A DNA stretch of 64,000 nt from an uncultured Planctomycetaceae bacterium (GTDB lineage Bacteria; Planctomycetota; Planctomycetia; Pirellulales; PALSA-1355): assembly GCA_963785305.1 (NCBI GenBank), contig CAWAUV010000007.1, positions 1,472,001-1,536,000 of the forward strand. Direction: 5' to 3'. The position numbers and the translations under genes are program-made. Below, piece by piece: positions 31,415 to 42,661 of this stretch. Every line of letters starts with the position of its first letter. The stretch's first letter is position 1. The notes beneath the pieces are model-generated. The model was not told the DNA's origin, ran no database searches, and saw nothing but the letters and a program-made list of their open reading frames with translations.

Positions 31415-33537
31415 TTAATTAGTAACGTCATAACCACTGGACCCAATGAAGCCCGGAAGTTCATTGGGATCGGAATTTTTGGGCGGGGGCTGCGGATTAT
31501 TCGCTTGAGGTGGTTTGTACGTCCCGCTGGTCGCGGCCGGCGGCGTATAGCGACCGGTTGGCGCGCCGCCCTGCGCCGCGGGGGCCGCGGCACTGGTTCG
31601 CGGTGGCCGAGCCGCCAAGCGGCGGGCCGATGCAGTCGCGCCCGACCCCGCCCCGGCCGAGTCCGTCGCTGATCCGGCAGCCGGCGATCCGGTTGCTGGC
31701 GGCGAAGTCGGTGGCGGCGCCAGCATTCCGTTTCGGGTGGCCGGAGCGCCCAGCATGGGCGACGCGCCGCCGGGAGATCCCAGCGTGGGGGCCGTGGGCG
31801 GCGAACTCGAGGCGCTGCCTGGCGTCGGCAGGCTATTGGCCGGGGCTCGTGGCGGGGATCCCGGAGGCACCTGTTCCGGCGCCGGCGACGATTGCGGCGG
31901 CGGGGCGTAATATCCGGGTCCGGCGGGGTTCGCGCCCGGCGGAGTATAGACGGGGGCCACGAATCCCGTGTTGGGTGGGCCGGCCATGCCGCCGCCCGCG
32001 GCGCCCATCGTGCCGCCGAGCGGCGTCATCAATCCGCCCGGCGCCGGCGGGCCTTCGCAAGTGGGTCCCGCGGCGTAGGGCGCGGTGGTGAATCCACCGA
32101 CGCCTTCGGCCGACAGGCCATTGAGCCCGCCCGAATGGTCGCGACCCGCGCCGCGTGGCTGCGGCGGTTGTTCGATCTGCCCGTTGATATAGAAGTTGTA
32201 GTCGGAGGTGTTTTCCGAATTCTCGCCCGGTCCGGTCGGCGGCACTTGGTCGCAGTCCATGGCCTCGGCCAGTTCGGGGCGCACGAGCACCAGCAGCTCG
32301 ATTTCGTTTTGCGTGTCGGTCATGCGGCGGAACAGGGCGCCGACCAACGGCACATCGCCCAGCACCGGAACCGCATTGCGCGTCGACTCGACGCGCTGCT
32401 GGATCAAGCCGGCGAGCGCCAGGGTCTGCCCCATCTTGAGCTCGACGCCGGTATCGACAGTGCGCGTGGTGAAGCCCGGCACGGTGGTGCCATTGAGCGT
32501 CACGGCCACTGAATTGTCGATCTCGCTCACGCTTGGCCGCACTTCGAGCCGCACATAGCCATTGCCCAAGATGATCGGCACGAAATCGACCTGGGTGCCG
32601 TAATCTTGAAACGCCACGTTCACGCTGCCCAGACCCGACACGACCGGATAGGGCACCTTGCCGCCATCCATGAAGTAGGCTGGCCGCCCGCTCACGGCCA
32701 CGAGCGTCGGCTCGGCGAGCACTTTGACGAGCAGGTTCTGCTGGAGCGCTTGAATAAAGCTGAAGAACGAGGCGTTACTTTCGAGCACTCCGAACTGCAT
32801 GGTCTCGGTGCCGGTGGTGGTGAAGGAGCCCGTGGTGCGAGCCAGGGACGCGGTCGTGGTGCCTTTGGTAATGAGCCCGCCGATGCTCGAGGTGACGAAG
32901 TCGCCCGAGGAGAATTGGGCCCAGTCGATGCCCAGGGTGCGGAGTTTGCTGCGCGAGATTTCCATGATCTTCACATAGAGCACCACCTGCTGCGCCCGCC
33001 CACGGTGATGTTGTTGATCACCTTGGGGTAGTAATCCTCGGCCACGCGGGTGATCTTGCTCACTTGATCGGCCCGGTCCACATAGCCGCTCAGGGCGACT
33101 CCGGTGGCCGTGGGATAGACTTTGATCGACGAGGTTGGAAACAGCGCCTGGAGCGTGAGGGCGAGTTCGCGCGGATCGCCGTTGATCACGACATCGATCG
33201 CGTGGATATTGCCTTGCTCATCCCAGAGATTGACCTGCGTGACGCCGGTCTTCTTGGCATAGATTTGCAGTTGATTGGCCGAGATCGGGGTGAGATCCAA
33301 CAGGTCGGGATTGCTCACCTGGGCGCGGGGAATCTTCATTTCGAGCGTCAGCAGGCGGCTCGAATGAATCGTCATCTCGAGCCGTTCGTTGGCGGCGCGA
33401 ACCTTGAACAAGATCGGCGGGGCGCCGAGATTGGATTGAACCTGGCCGCGGGCCGATTGAGACCCGAGACCTAAGAGCAGCGCGGCCAGCGTGAGCAGGG
33501 CTCGTCCATCAGCGATCGTGACTCGAAAGCGACTCAT
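31415..33537 (-). CDS. cpaC: Tad pilus secretin CpaC/RcpA with Pro-rich C-terminal tail (frameshift ~32995)
   Basis: Signal peptide, AKKTGVTQVNLWD, BON-like region, KVLAEPTLVAVSG, VRPSVSEID, GQTLALAGL, VPVLGDVPLVGALFR. Confidence 0.92.
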
Positions 33538-33586
33538 CCGTGTGCTTCCTTACCTTCCGTGGTTTGCCAGAGATGCCCGACCGGTG

Positions 33587-34666
33587 TCAGGCGCCGGCGC
33601 CGGTGGTTTCGGCGCTGCTATCCGTGGGAGCCGTTTCCGGCGAGTCATTGGCCTTGGGAGCCTGGGGGTCGACAAGGGCGCCGGTCGAGCCCGGCGGCGT
33701 GTTCGTCGCCGCGGCGGGCGGAGACTCGACGCTCGGCTCCACGAACGGCGCCGCATCCGCTTCGGCGAAGTCGATCGTGCGCATCGTGCTGCCCTCGACC
33801 AGCACCATCTTCCAAGGATGGGCTGGCTGCATTTCCGGCAGCGGCGGCGCGCTAGGGCTCGCTTGCCGCGGATCGAGCGCCAGATTGGGCGGCGTGGCCG
33901 GGCTCTTGGCCGGCTCGGGCGTTTTTATTTCTTGCTCGGCCGAGTTCTTCTCGGCGCCGCCCAGGATATCCATCACTCCGGCCCCGCCGCTGGCGCTTTC
34001 GAGGTCGTCGTCCAGATTGCGAATAATCAACCGCACGCTGCCCATCTCGCTCGCCAGCATCACCTTCTCGGCCTGATTGGGCGTGACCAGCAAGCTCACG
34101 GTCTTGCCGCTTACCAGCGCGCCGTCGCTCTCGTTCTTGCCGACGAACGTCGCGTCGACCGCGTAGACCTTGATATCTTGCAGAATCGTGCGAGCGCTCG
34201 TTTCCATGATGCCGGTGCTCGGGTTCTTGCTCAAGAACACAAGCACGTCGACCCGGTCGCCCGGCACGATCAATCCGGTGCCGCTCACGGAGTCGACGCG
34301 CACATTCACCACCCGCAAGCCCTTGGGGATATTGTCGCTGGGCAGCATCTCGTCGCCCTTGCCACGCAGCTTGCCCAAAAGCACCGGCTCGCCGGCGAAC
34401 AGTTTCTGGCGGCAGCGCTTGCCCTCGAGGTCTTCGAGCTTGGTCACGGCTCCGGCCGGAACCTTGCCCTTGGGCCAATCCTCGAGCTCGATCATCTGGG
34501 CCGTGATCAGATCATTCGGATTGATGTCGGCCGTGGTGACGAAGATCGGCTCCATCTCGGGGGCCGTCGCGCCTTGGCCGCGATCGAGCACCTGGCTGAT
34601 GCCGATCGACGCGACCAGTCCGCAACCCAGGGCCAGGGCAAGCAGCAGGATCGATTTGCTTCGCAT
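33587..34666 (-). CDS. cpaB: Flp pilus assembly protein CpaB
   Basis: N-terminal TM, SAF domain, IPKGLRVV, GLIVPGDRVDV, ILQDIKVYAVD, VSLLVTPNQAE. Confidence 0.93.
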   Translation of the reverse strand: MRSKSILLLALALGCGLVASIGISQVLDRGQGATAPEMEPIFVTTADINPNDLITAQMIELEDWPKGKVPAGAVTKLEDLEGKRCRQKLFAGEPVLLGKLRGKGDEMLPSDNIPKGLRVVNVRVDSVSGTGLIVPGDRVDVLVFLSKNPSTGIMETSARTILQDIKVYAVDATFVGKNESDGALVSGKTVSLLVTPNQAEKVMLASEMGSVRLIIRNLDDDLESASGGAGVMDILGGAEKNSAEQEIKTPEPAKSPATPPNLALDPRQASPSAPPLPEMQPAHPWKMVLVEGSTMRTIDFAEADAAPFVEPSVESPPAAATNTPPGSTGALVDPQAPKANDSPETAPTDSSAETTGAGA

Positions 34667-35070
34667 GGTGGAGAACTCTCGTTCGGAGAAACTTCACAAG
34701 AACTTCGCGGCGTGGGAACCTGCCCGACGCCCGGCGCGACGCGTCGCCTTCAGTGCGTCACCATCAAGAATTGGCTCATTTCTTCGGAAACTTGATCAAA
34801 ACTGACACGACCGTTAGCCTCTCCGCGAGTTGCCCGATCGATGGATTTTGCCGCATCCGATCCAGTCTTCCCGAGTTTCTCGCCGCGGCGCCTTTCGCGA
34901 TCCCTCCAGGGGCCGCAAAGTCGCCGGCGGTCGCGATGTCTTCTCCAGTCGTTTTCCGCCCATCACGCGTCAAACGCAATCTGCTTGCACTGAAGCGGAC
35001 GCCAGTCAGCCTCGCGGGCGTCGTGCTTGCATTGCTCCCGGGCGGAGCGGGGCGACCAGCCTTGGCGCGA

Positions 35071-35637
35071 TCAGCCGAGGAGTCCGCTCCAGGCGAAGTA
35101 GCCGATCGTGCCGAGGGCAATCGGAATTCCGTAGGGCAGCAACATCATCGTGCTCTTGCGTTGGGCGGCGATCGCCGACAATTCGGCGGGGTTATGAATC
35201 GTGGTAAGCTCGCCCAAGATGGTCCAGAACAGGTCGCGATGCCGCATCCAAGCGCCGCGCGAGAGGACCATCACCAGGGCCAGCGTTCCACCGATGATCG
35301 CGGAGCAGCAGAACGCATGGAGCGTGATCGAGCCGCCCATCCAGGCGCCGACACCCGCCAGCAATTTGACATCGCCCGCGCCCATGCCGCCGATCGCATA
35401 AGCCGGCAGCAGCAAAGCCAGGCCCACGCCGGTTCCCACGAGGCTCCAGCCGAGCCCTTCCCAGCCGAGCGTGGCAATGCCAAACGCCCAACCGCCAAGG
35501 ATCATGGGAAACGTGAGCCAGTTGGGCACTTTGAGTTTATAGCCATCGATCACGGCCGCGACGACCAGCGTGATCGTGACGAGCCACACATTCCAATGTT
35601 CGGCCAACGACTGCGAAAGGGCGGCAAAATGAAACAT
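35071..35637 (-). CDS. cpaA: Prepilin peptidase CpaA/TadV (A24)
   Basis: AAVID..KVPNWLT, GGMGAGDVKL, LPYGIPIALG. Confidence 0.93.
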   Translation of the reverse strand: MFHFAALSQSLAEHWNVWLVTITLVVAAVIDGYKLKVPNWLTFPMILGGWAFGIATLGWEGLGWSLVGTGVGLALLLPAYAIGGMGAGDVKLLAGVGAWMGGSITLHAFCCSAIIGGTLALVMVLSRGAWMRHRDLFWTILGELTTIHNPAELSAIAAQRKSTMMLLPYGIPIALGTIGYFAWSGLLG

Positions 35638-35987
35638 GGTGCGTTTTGTCCTGCGAAAAACCAGTGCGTGTCCAGTGAACTTAACGAGCGGGCGCCTTCC
35701 GTTGCCGCGATCGCGATCCGCGTCGATTCCTCGAATCAACCCACGGCTAGGCGGCTCGGCCCGCGAACAGGTAGGTCGTCGCGGCCGCGAGCATCGCCGC
35801 GCAATAGCAGAGCGCTTCGAACATGGCGCCGATCGACTCGAACGGAAGCAGCGAAATCATAAAGCGTATTCCCGAAGGCATGCGAACCGAGCCCAAACCA
35901 ATTCGGGGGCTCCATCGAAACTCTAGTTCATGTTCGAGGGGTTGGTCGGATTATTTTTTTTCAGCGGCCTTGAAGACCATCGAGCGC

Positions 35988-36034
35988 AAAAAAAATGCCC
36001 AAGACGCCCGCCGGCAGGCGGACATCTTGGGCAT
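35988..36034 (-). terminator. Intrinsic terminator between flp and cpaA
   Basis: Stem ATGCCCAAGA..CCGCC / GGCGG..TCTTGGGCAT followed by a T-run on the minus strand. Confidence 0.75.
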
Positions 36035-36123
36035 GGGCGCCTCTCGAGGGAACTACCAGCGGCGGCGGGGCACTATCCTCCAGCCAAGCTGAAAGATATC
36101 TCGATGCGCCTCGCCGCGCGCCG

Positions 36124-36306
36124 TCAGCTCGCGGAGGTGAGTGAATTGGCGACCGTGCTAAACGCCTTGCTGGCGTTGCTGCCCAGGGTGCTGATCGCGG
36201 TCAAGCACACGATCACGATCAGGGCGAGCATCACGGCGTACTCGACAGCCGTGGGTCCGTCTTCCGACTTGAGGAAGCGTTGCATCTTCTTGGCGAAACG
36301 AATCAT
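36124..36306 (-). CDS. flp: Flp family type IVb pilin
   Basis: FLKSEDG|PTAVEYAVMLALIVIVCL, 60 aa, GGAGAGGA RBS. Confidence 0.95.
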   Translation of the reverse strand: MIRFAKKMQRFLKSEDGPTAVEYAVMLALIVIVCLTAISTLGSNASKAFSTVANSLTSAS

Positions 36307-36896
36307 GGGTTCCTCTCCTACAAAATGGCCGGCGCCCGACAAAGGGCGCCGTGAAACGGTTGGACCTCCACCGCCACGTCGATCTCGCAATCGACGCTGC
36401 CTGCCGCCGCGGTTTTGAAATCCGATCGATCGTTACCTCTCAATGCGGCGCTCTCTTGCAGGCGAGTCGCAAGTTTCCCGTGCCGGAGACGAATACCCTT
36501 TCACGGGTTCGCGGGAATTCCGGTCTGGAGCAACTTACGCGAAGCATCGTCTTGGCGCTTCACGAAGGCAGCCGCAATCGCGGAATGCCTCTACGCAACC
36601 ATAGGTCTAAAGCGGTCGGTGTCAAATTCACGAAAACCCGTGTTTTGCCACATTCCGAGAAAAAGGGGCCCTCGCCGCGAGGGCGGCCTCCCCCAATCAG
36701 CCCACCGCGCCAATATTCCCGGGGCGCTGATTCCGCGCTTCGACCATATTTCCCCGCCTCGGGCTCGATCGCCACGCGAATTCTCGTTTTCGCAAGCTAT
36801 CTTTTCCATGCGGGCGGCTTGCGCGACATGATCGTCGCCATCGCTCGATGTTTATGTACACACCAGGTAGATGACCCTCCACGATAAGGCGCTACG

Positions 36897-37934
36897 ATGG
36901 CCTGGCTCGACGCGGTGCTCACACGGCTCTCGGCCACGAGCCAATGGACCTATTTGTCCAGCGGTCCACGCGCCGCCGAGCCGGCCGCGCTGGCCGCGCT
37001 GGCGCTCGTGGCCCATGGCCGCGCCGAGGCGGCCCATGCTCCACTCGACTGGCTTGTCACGCGGCAAGCGGCCGACGGCGCCGTGGCCGTGACCGAAACC
37101 AATGCCAATCCCGCCTGGACCACGGCCTGGGCGGTGCTCGCTTGGCAAGTGGCCGACGCAGCGCTGCCCGGCGGCGCCCGTCGCCGGACCGCCGATCGGA
37201 AAGCGATTGCCCGCGGCGTCGACTGGTTGCTCGCCGCCCGCGGAGAAACCGCGCCCCGCGACCCCGACACCGGCCACGACACGACGCTCGTCGGCTGGCC
37301 CTGGGTGCTCGGAACCCATAGCTGGGTCGAACCGACGGCCTTGGCCGTGTTGGCGCTCCGCGCTTCGGACGCTCTCGAACATCCGCGCACGCGCGAAGCG
37401 ATCCGGCTGCTACGCGATCGCCTGCTGCCCGACGGCGGATGCAACTACGGCAACACGGTCGTCTTGGGTCAGACGCTCCGCGCCCATGTCGAGCCGACCG
37501 GCCTGTGCCTCTGGGCTTTGCCCGCCGCCGACGATGCGCACCGACCGGCCGACGCCTCCAACGGCTCGGGCGACGAATCCGATCGCCGGCTCGCTAAGTC
37601 GCTCGATTATCTCGCCGCCGACGTGGCCACGCAGAGCGCCACGGCGTCGCTGTGTTATGCGCTGCTGGGACTCGCCGCGCATGGCCGGCGTCCGCCATCG
37701 AGCGAACGCCAACTGGCCGCGGCGGCCGAGCGCACTCTGGCCCGCGCGCCGTCGACCTATCGCTTGGCGCTGTTGGCCCTGGCGGCGGGTCATGGAGCGG
37801 TGTCGCTCGTGCCCGGCACGCATGATGCCGCCATCCAGCCTGCCGGCGCCGCGCTGCCCGACGCCGCGTCCAGGGTTTCCGCGGATGAACTATCGCATGT
37901 TTCGCCTGCCCTCTTACCCACGGTGACGCCATGA
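36897..37934 (+). CDS. Prenyltransferase/terpene-cyclase repeat (alpha/alpha barrel)-like protein
   Basis: QW-like repeats WLVTRQAADG and LRDRLLPDGGCNYG, GWPW..THSWVEPTALAVLAL. Confidence 0.7.
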   Translation: MAWLDAVLTRLSATSQWTYLSSGPRAAEPAALAALALVAHGRAEAAHAPLDWLVTRQAADGAVAVTETNANPAWTTAWAVLAWQVADAALPGGARRRTADRKAIARGVDWLLAARGETAPRDPDTGHDTTLVGWPWVLGTHSWVEPTALAVLALRASDALEHPRTREAIRLLRDRLLPDGGCNYGNTVVLGQTLRAHVEPTGLCLWALPAADDAHRPADASNGSGDESDRRLAKSLDYLAADVATQSATASLCYALLGLAAHGRRPPSSERQLAAAAERTLARAPSTYRLALLALAAGHGAVSLVPGTHDAAIQPAGAALPDAASRVSADELSHVSPALLPTVTP

Positions 37935-38994
37935 GCGCGGCGTCCGGCGATCGATCGCCGCTCGAATCGCGCCGTGCGACCGGCAAAACCGCGCGAGGCG
38001 AGATCACGCGCCGGGCACTGCTGGGCGGCGGCGCCGCGACTTTGGCCGGCTGGTTGGCTTGGCCGCGTCTGAAGTCGATCGGCGCCGCGAAAGCTCCCGT
38101 CTTCTTCGCGCGCAATCAGCGCTACGATGGCCCGCTCGAACAAACCCTGGCCGATGGCCTACGGGCCGTGGGCGTCGCGCCGGCTTCGCTCGCTGGGCGC
38201 CGCGTATTGCTCAAACCCAATCTGGTGGAGCCCTCGCGTCTGACACCGCACATGACCACCCATCCGGCGATGATCGTGGCCGCGGCCCATGTGTTTCGCT
38301 CCTGGGGGGCGCATGTCACCGTGGGCGAAGGGCCCGGCCATGTGCGCGACACCGAACTGGCGCTCATCGAGTCGGGCGTGCAGGCGGCGCTCGACGACGC
38401 GGGGCTCGACTTCGCCGATTTGAACTACGAGGAAGTGGAGTGGCGGCCGAATCTCGGTCGGGCCAGCCGACTCGAGGGGTTCTGGTTTCCGCGCTCGGTG
38501 GTCGAGGCCGATCTGATCGTGTCGATGCCCAAGATGAAGACACATCACTGGGTCGGCTTCACCGGCGGCTCAAGAACATGTATGGCGTGATTCCGGGGAT
38601 TAAATATGGCTGGCCGAAAAACGTGCTGCATCACGCCGGCATTCCCGAAACCGTGTACGACATCAACGCCTCGCTCCCCAAGGCGATCACGATCGTCGAT
38701 GGCATCGTGGCCATGGAGGGCGATGGCCCGATCATGGGCTCGCCCAAGCCGATGGGCCTCGTGGCGATCGGGACGAGCCTCACCGCCGTCGACGCCACGC
38801 TGGGCCGGATCATGGGCCTTGCTCCGGAACGAGTCGGCTATTTGCGTTTGGCCGGCGCGGGGCTAGGCCCGATCGACGCGCGACGGATCGAGGAGCGGGG
38901 TGAATCGTGGCGGCAGTTGGTCAGTCCGTTCCAGATTCTCGATAAGCCTCATTTGCAAGAACTGCGGCGCTCGCCGAGCGCGCTCGTGAGTTGA
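37931..38994 (+). CDS. DUF362 family protein with Tat signal (frameshift ~38567)
   Basis: ITRRALLGGG, VLLKPNLV, TTHP, MPKMKTHH, LKNMYG, IVDGIVAMEGDGP, AVDA. Start overlaps the upstream stop (ATGA). Confidence 0.88.
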
Positions 38995-39017
38995 GACGAG
39001 ATCGCGGTGCATTCGTA

Positions 39018-41479
39018 ATGAAAAAGCGACAACGCAATCTTGAATCTCGGCCGAGGCGTTCGCCCGCGCCGCGGCGTTGCGCGGCCTGCTTGGCGCTGGC
39101 CGCGCTGGCGATGTTGGCCGTCTTGGCAACGCCTTTTTTCCTCCAACGCGTCTACACGCACGACGACCTGGGCGACTTTCATTTGCCGCTCCGCGCCTTT
39201 TACGCCGAACGGCTCGCCGCCGGCGAATCCTTCGATTGGATGCCCTCGCTCTATTGTGGGTTCTTCGTGACCGGCGAGGGGCAACTCGGCGCCTATCATC
39301 CGCTGCATCAGACGCTCTACCGCGCGCTGCCGCTCGGCGCCGCATTCGACTGGGAGCTTCTGCTGAACTATCCGGCCCTGCTGCTCGGCATGTTCCTGCT
39401 GCTCCGTCGGCTGATCCGTCGCGACGACGCGGCGCTCCTCGGCGCCCTGGTATTCACATTCTCGGGCTTTTGCCTGCTGCATTTCGTGCATCCGAATGCG
39501 ATCGCGGTGGTGGCGCATCTTCCTTGGCTGCTGTGGTCGATCGACTGCGTGGTGCGACCCGTGTCACGCCGCGAACGAGTTTTGGCGCTCGTGGCGGTGG
39601 CGCTGCTCACCGGCTCGCAATGCCTGATCGGCTATCCGCAATATGTGTGGCTCTCGTTGTTGGTCGAGATCGGGTTTACATTGTGGCGGCTCTTCGGGTT
39701 TCTACCGAGCGACGATCCCGCGGCAATCGCCCGGCGGGCATCGATCTTCGATTCGGGTGACGCCTGGAGTCGAGTGCTCGCCGCCGCGGCGCGGCGCAAC
39801 CAATTGGAAGAAGCGATCCAGGGCGCGAGCGATGGCGAAGCATCGGCTCCGCGCGATCGCCGCGGTCGGTTTATCTTGGCGACGAAAATCGCTCTGCTGC
39901 TCGTGGCCGCCAAGGCTTGCGGCGCGCTGCTGGGCGCCCAGCAATTGCTGCCCACGATCGCGGCCCTGGGCGATTCGCTCCGCGCGAAGCCCGACGTGGC
40001 GTTCGCCAACTACGGCTCGTTGCATCCGCTGAATCTGATTCAATTTCTAGCGCCGTATTTATTTCGTACTCGGGTGGTCGGTCAAAACACACATGAGCTG
40101 GGCCTCTACTGCGGCGCGGTTCCGCTGCTGCTCTGCGCTTGGCTGTGGCGCGAGCGAGCCGATTGGGGACGCGTGGCGAGCGTGGCCCGGGCCGGTTTCG
40201 CGCTGCTGGTCGTGGGGCTCGTCTTGGCGATGGGTGAACATGCCGGTCTCTATGAACTGCAGCGCTGGATTCCCGGGGTCAACCATTTCCGCTTTCCTTG
40301 CCGTGCGATCATGCTGGCGCATTTGGCGATCGCGCTGCTCTCGGCGGCGGCCTGGAGCCGCCTGACTTGGAAGGCCCGCCAGCGCTCGCTGAATATGCCG
40401 CGGCTGCGGAGCACGCTCTCGGGCGCTTCGGCCTTGGCTTGCGGAGTGGCGGTGGCCGGCGCCTTGGCATGGCCCGAACGCGCGGCCAGCGCGTGGCTCG
40501 TGGCCGCGGGGCCGGTGCTCGTTTGCACGGGCGCCGCGCTCCTGGCTTTCGTGGGACAATCCCGCGCTGGGCCACGAATGTCACGGCGCTGTTCGTCGCG
40601 CTTGACCTGGGGCTCTACGGTTTCACGGCCGGCGCGCTCGACACCTCTCGCTTGCAAGATTATGTCGCCGCCACGGCCGCGCCGCCCACCTCCGAGGGGC
40701 GCGTGGTCGCCGGTTACGACGCGCTCAAACTCCGCCACGGAGATCGGGTGTTGCTCGCCGGCGCGACGCGCCGATGGCTACGCGGGCCTCGAACCCGCGC
40801 GCGACTCGACTACCAATCGTCGGCGGTCGAGCGCGTGGCCGGAGTGCGTTATCGCCGAGTGGCCAATTCACCCGACTCGCCGCCCGAGTGGCAGGCCGCT
40901 TCGCCGCCGCTTGAGCGAGCGAGGCTGCTCGCGCGGCTCTGGGTGGGCTCGCCGCCACCGACGCTCGCCGGCATTGCCATCGATCGGCTCGCCACGGTGG
41001 AGCAACCGCTCGAGATCGACGCCGGCTCGCCCGGCGCGGCGCGGGTGCTGAGCGACACCCCCGGCCGAATCGTCGTTGACACCGAAGCGCCGGGCCGGCA
41101 GTTGCTCGCCCTCGACGAAGCATTTGACGCTGGCTGGCGGGCCACGATCGATGGCCGGCCGGCGAACGCGGTCCGGGTCTACGGCGACTTTCTCGGCGTG
41201 GTCGCGCCGCGGGGGAAACATCGCGTGGAATTGAAGTTCGCGCCCGAAAGCGTGCGGCTTGGGCGTCTGGCGAGTTTCGCCGGGTTGGGGCTTTTGGCCG
41301 TGGGCGTGTGCCTGGCGGCGGCGACCGGCAACCTGACCGGCGGTCCGGCCGCGTCCTCGCGCGCTCGGCGAACGGCGCCGCGCGGCGCGGTCGATCTGGC
41401 CGCGACGAGCGCCGCCCTTGGAACCTCGTCCGCCACGTATCTCGATGAAAATCCGTATGTGAGGATTCCCAAACTATGA
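39018..41479 (+). CDS. YfhO-like polytopic membrane protein, putative GT-C (frameshifts ~40560, ~40770)
   Basis: DDL..FHLP, W.PSLYCG..GEGQLG.YHP, G.PQ, QLLP, FRFPCR. C-terminal AFDAGWRATIDG..GV..PRGKHRVELKFAP.S...G. Confidence 0.8.
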
Positions 41480-42645
41480 GCCGCTCGACAACCCGCTCGC
41501 ATGAAGAACCCGTCGAAGTCACGCCGAGCAAGACGCCGCGCCGCTCCGCGAAGCTCGCCGCCGACCGGCCGCCGCTCGAGCGCGCGCTGGTGAGCGTGGT
41601 GCTGCCGGTCTACAACGAGGCGCGCGTGCTCAAGGAATTGCATCGCCGAGTGCGGCTGGCGCTCGAAGCGACCGGCGCTCGCCATGAGATTATCTTCGTC
41701 GACGATGGCTCGACCGACTCGAGCCCGCGCCTGCTCGATAAACTCGCGGCGCGATATCCCGCGGTGCGCGTGCTGCATCTCTCGCGCAATTTTGGGCATC
41801 AAGCGGCGGTGCATGCCGGCCTCACCGAAGCCCGGGGCGATGCCGTGGCGCTCATGGACTCCGACCTGCAAGACGAGCCCGAGGCGATCGGCCGCTTTCT
41901 CGACTTGTGGCGCGAAGGCTACGATGTGGTGTATGCGATACGCTCCGAGCGGCAAGAGTCGTGGTGGAAGCGATTTCTGTTTGCTTCATTTCACCGGCTA
42001 TTGAGCTCCGTGGCCAACGTGCCGATTCCGGCCGATGCCGGAAATTTCAGCCTTATCGATGGCCGCATTACGCGCCAGATCGTGGCGCTCGGCGAATGCG
42101 ATCGCTATCTGCCCGGCCTGCGCTCTTGGGTCGGGTTTCGGCAAATCGGCGTGCCGGTGAGGCGCAATTTGCGTTACGACGACCGGCCGCGCGTGTCGCT
42201 CCGCGGCTTGTGGCGACTGGCCAAGACGGCGATCTTCTCGTTTTCTACCGCGCCCCTGGCCATGTTCTACGGCATTGGCTACGCGTCGCTCGGCGTGTTT
42301 CTGCTGCTCGGCGCCGGCTCGGTCTATTGCAAGCTCTTTACCACCTGGACCACGCCCGGCTGGACCTCGCAGGTGATCGTGGCCAGTTTCTTCGGGGCGA
42401 TCAACGCGATGGGCGTGAGCGTTCTCGGCGAATATGTCGTGCGAATCTACGATCAGGTTCGCGGGCGGCCATCGTACATCGTCGGCCGCCGCGTGGGTCA
42501 AGCCGAACCACGGCCCGGGGTCGAGACGACCGCCGGTGAATGCGTCGCCGAGCTATCGCTCGCCAGCCAAACTCGCGAGCTCGCGACACTGGTTGCCGCC
42601 GAGACGGGCGCGTCGACGAGTTCGGGCGCCTCAGCAGCCTGTTGA
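41476..42645 (+). CDS. GtrB/ArnC/DPM1-like polyprenol-phosphate glycosyltransferase (GT2)
   Basis: SVVLPVYNE, VDDGSTD, LSRNFGHQAA, MDSDLQD.PE, GYDVVYA.R, LGEYVVRIYDQVRGRPSY. Confidence 0.92.
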   Translation: MSRSTTRSHEEPVEVTPSKTPRRSAKLAADRPPLERALVSVVLPVYNEARVLKELHRRVRLALEATGARHEIIFVDDGSTDSSPRLLDKLAARYPAVRVLHLSRNFGHQAAVHAGLTEARGDAVALMDSDLQDEPEAIGRFLDLWREGYDVVYAIRSERQESWWKRFLFASFHRLLSSVANVPIPADAGNFSLIDGRITRQIVALGECDRYLPGLRSWVGFRQIGVPVRRNLRYDDRPRVSLRGLWRLAKTAIFSFSTAPLAMFYGIGYASLGVFLLLGAGSVYCKLFTTWTTPGWTSQVIVASFFGAINAMGVSVLGEYVVRIYDQVRGRPSYIVGRRVGQAEPRPGVETTAGECVAELSLASQTRELATLVAAETGASTSSGASAAC

Positions 42646-42661
42646 ATATTTCAACAGGCTG
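42635..42661. repeat. Perfect 12-bp inverted repeat between convergent stop codons
   Basis: CAGCCTGTTGAA-TAT-TTCAACAGGCTG. Confidence 0.85.

Noticed and set aside
36307..36896. c-di-GMP riboswitch or sigma-54 promoter upstream of flp
   Set aside because: No recognisable GEMM motif. The GGCACG..TTGC-like element at ~36468-36486 (minus strand) has 12 rather than 10 nt between GG and GC.
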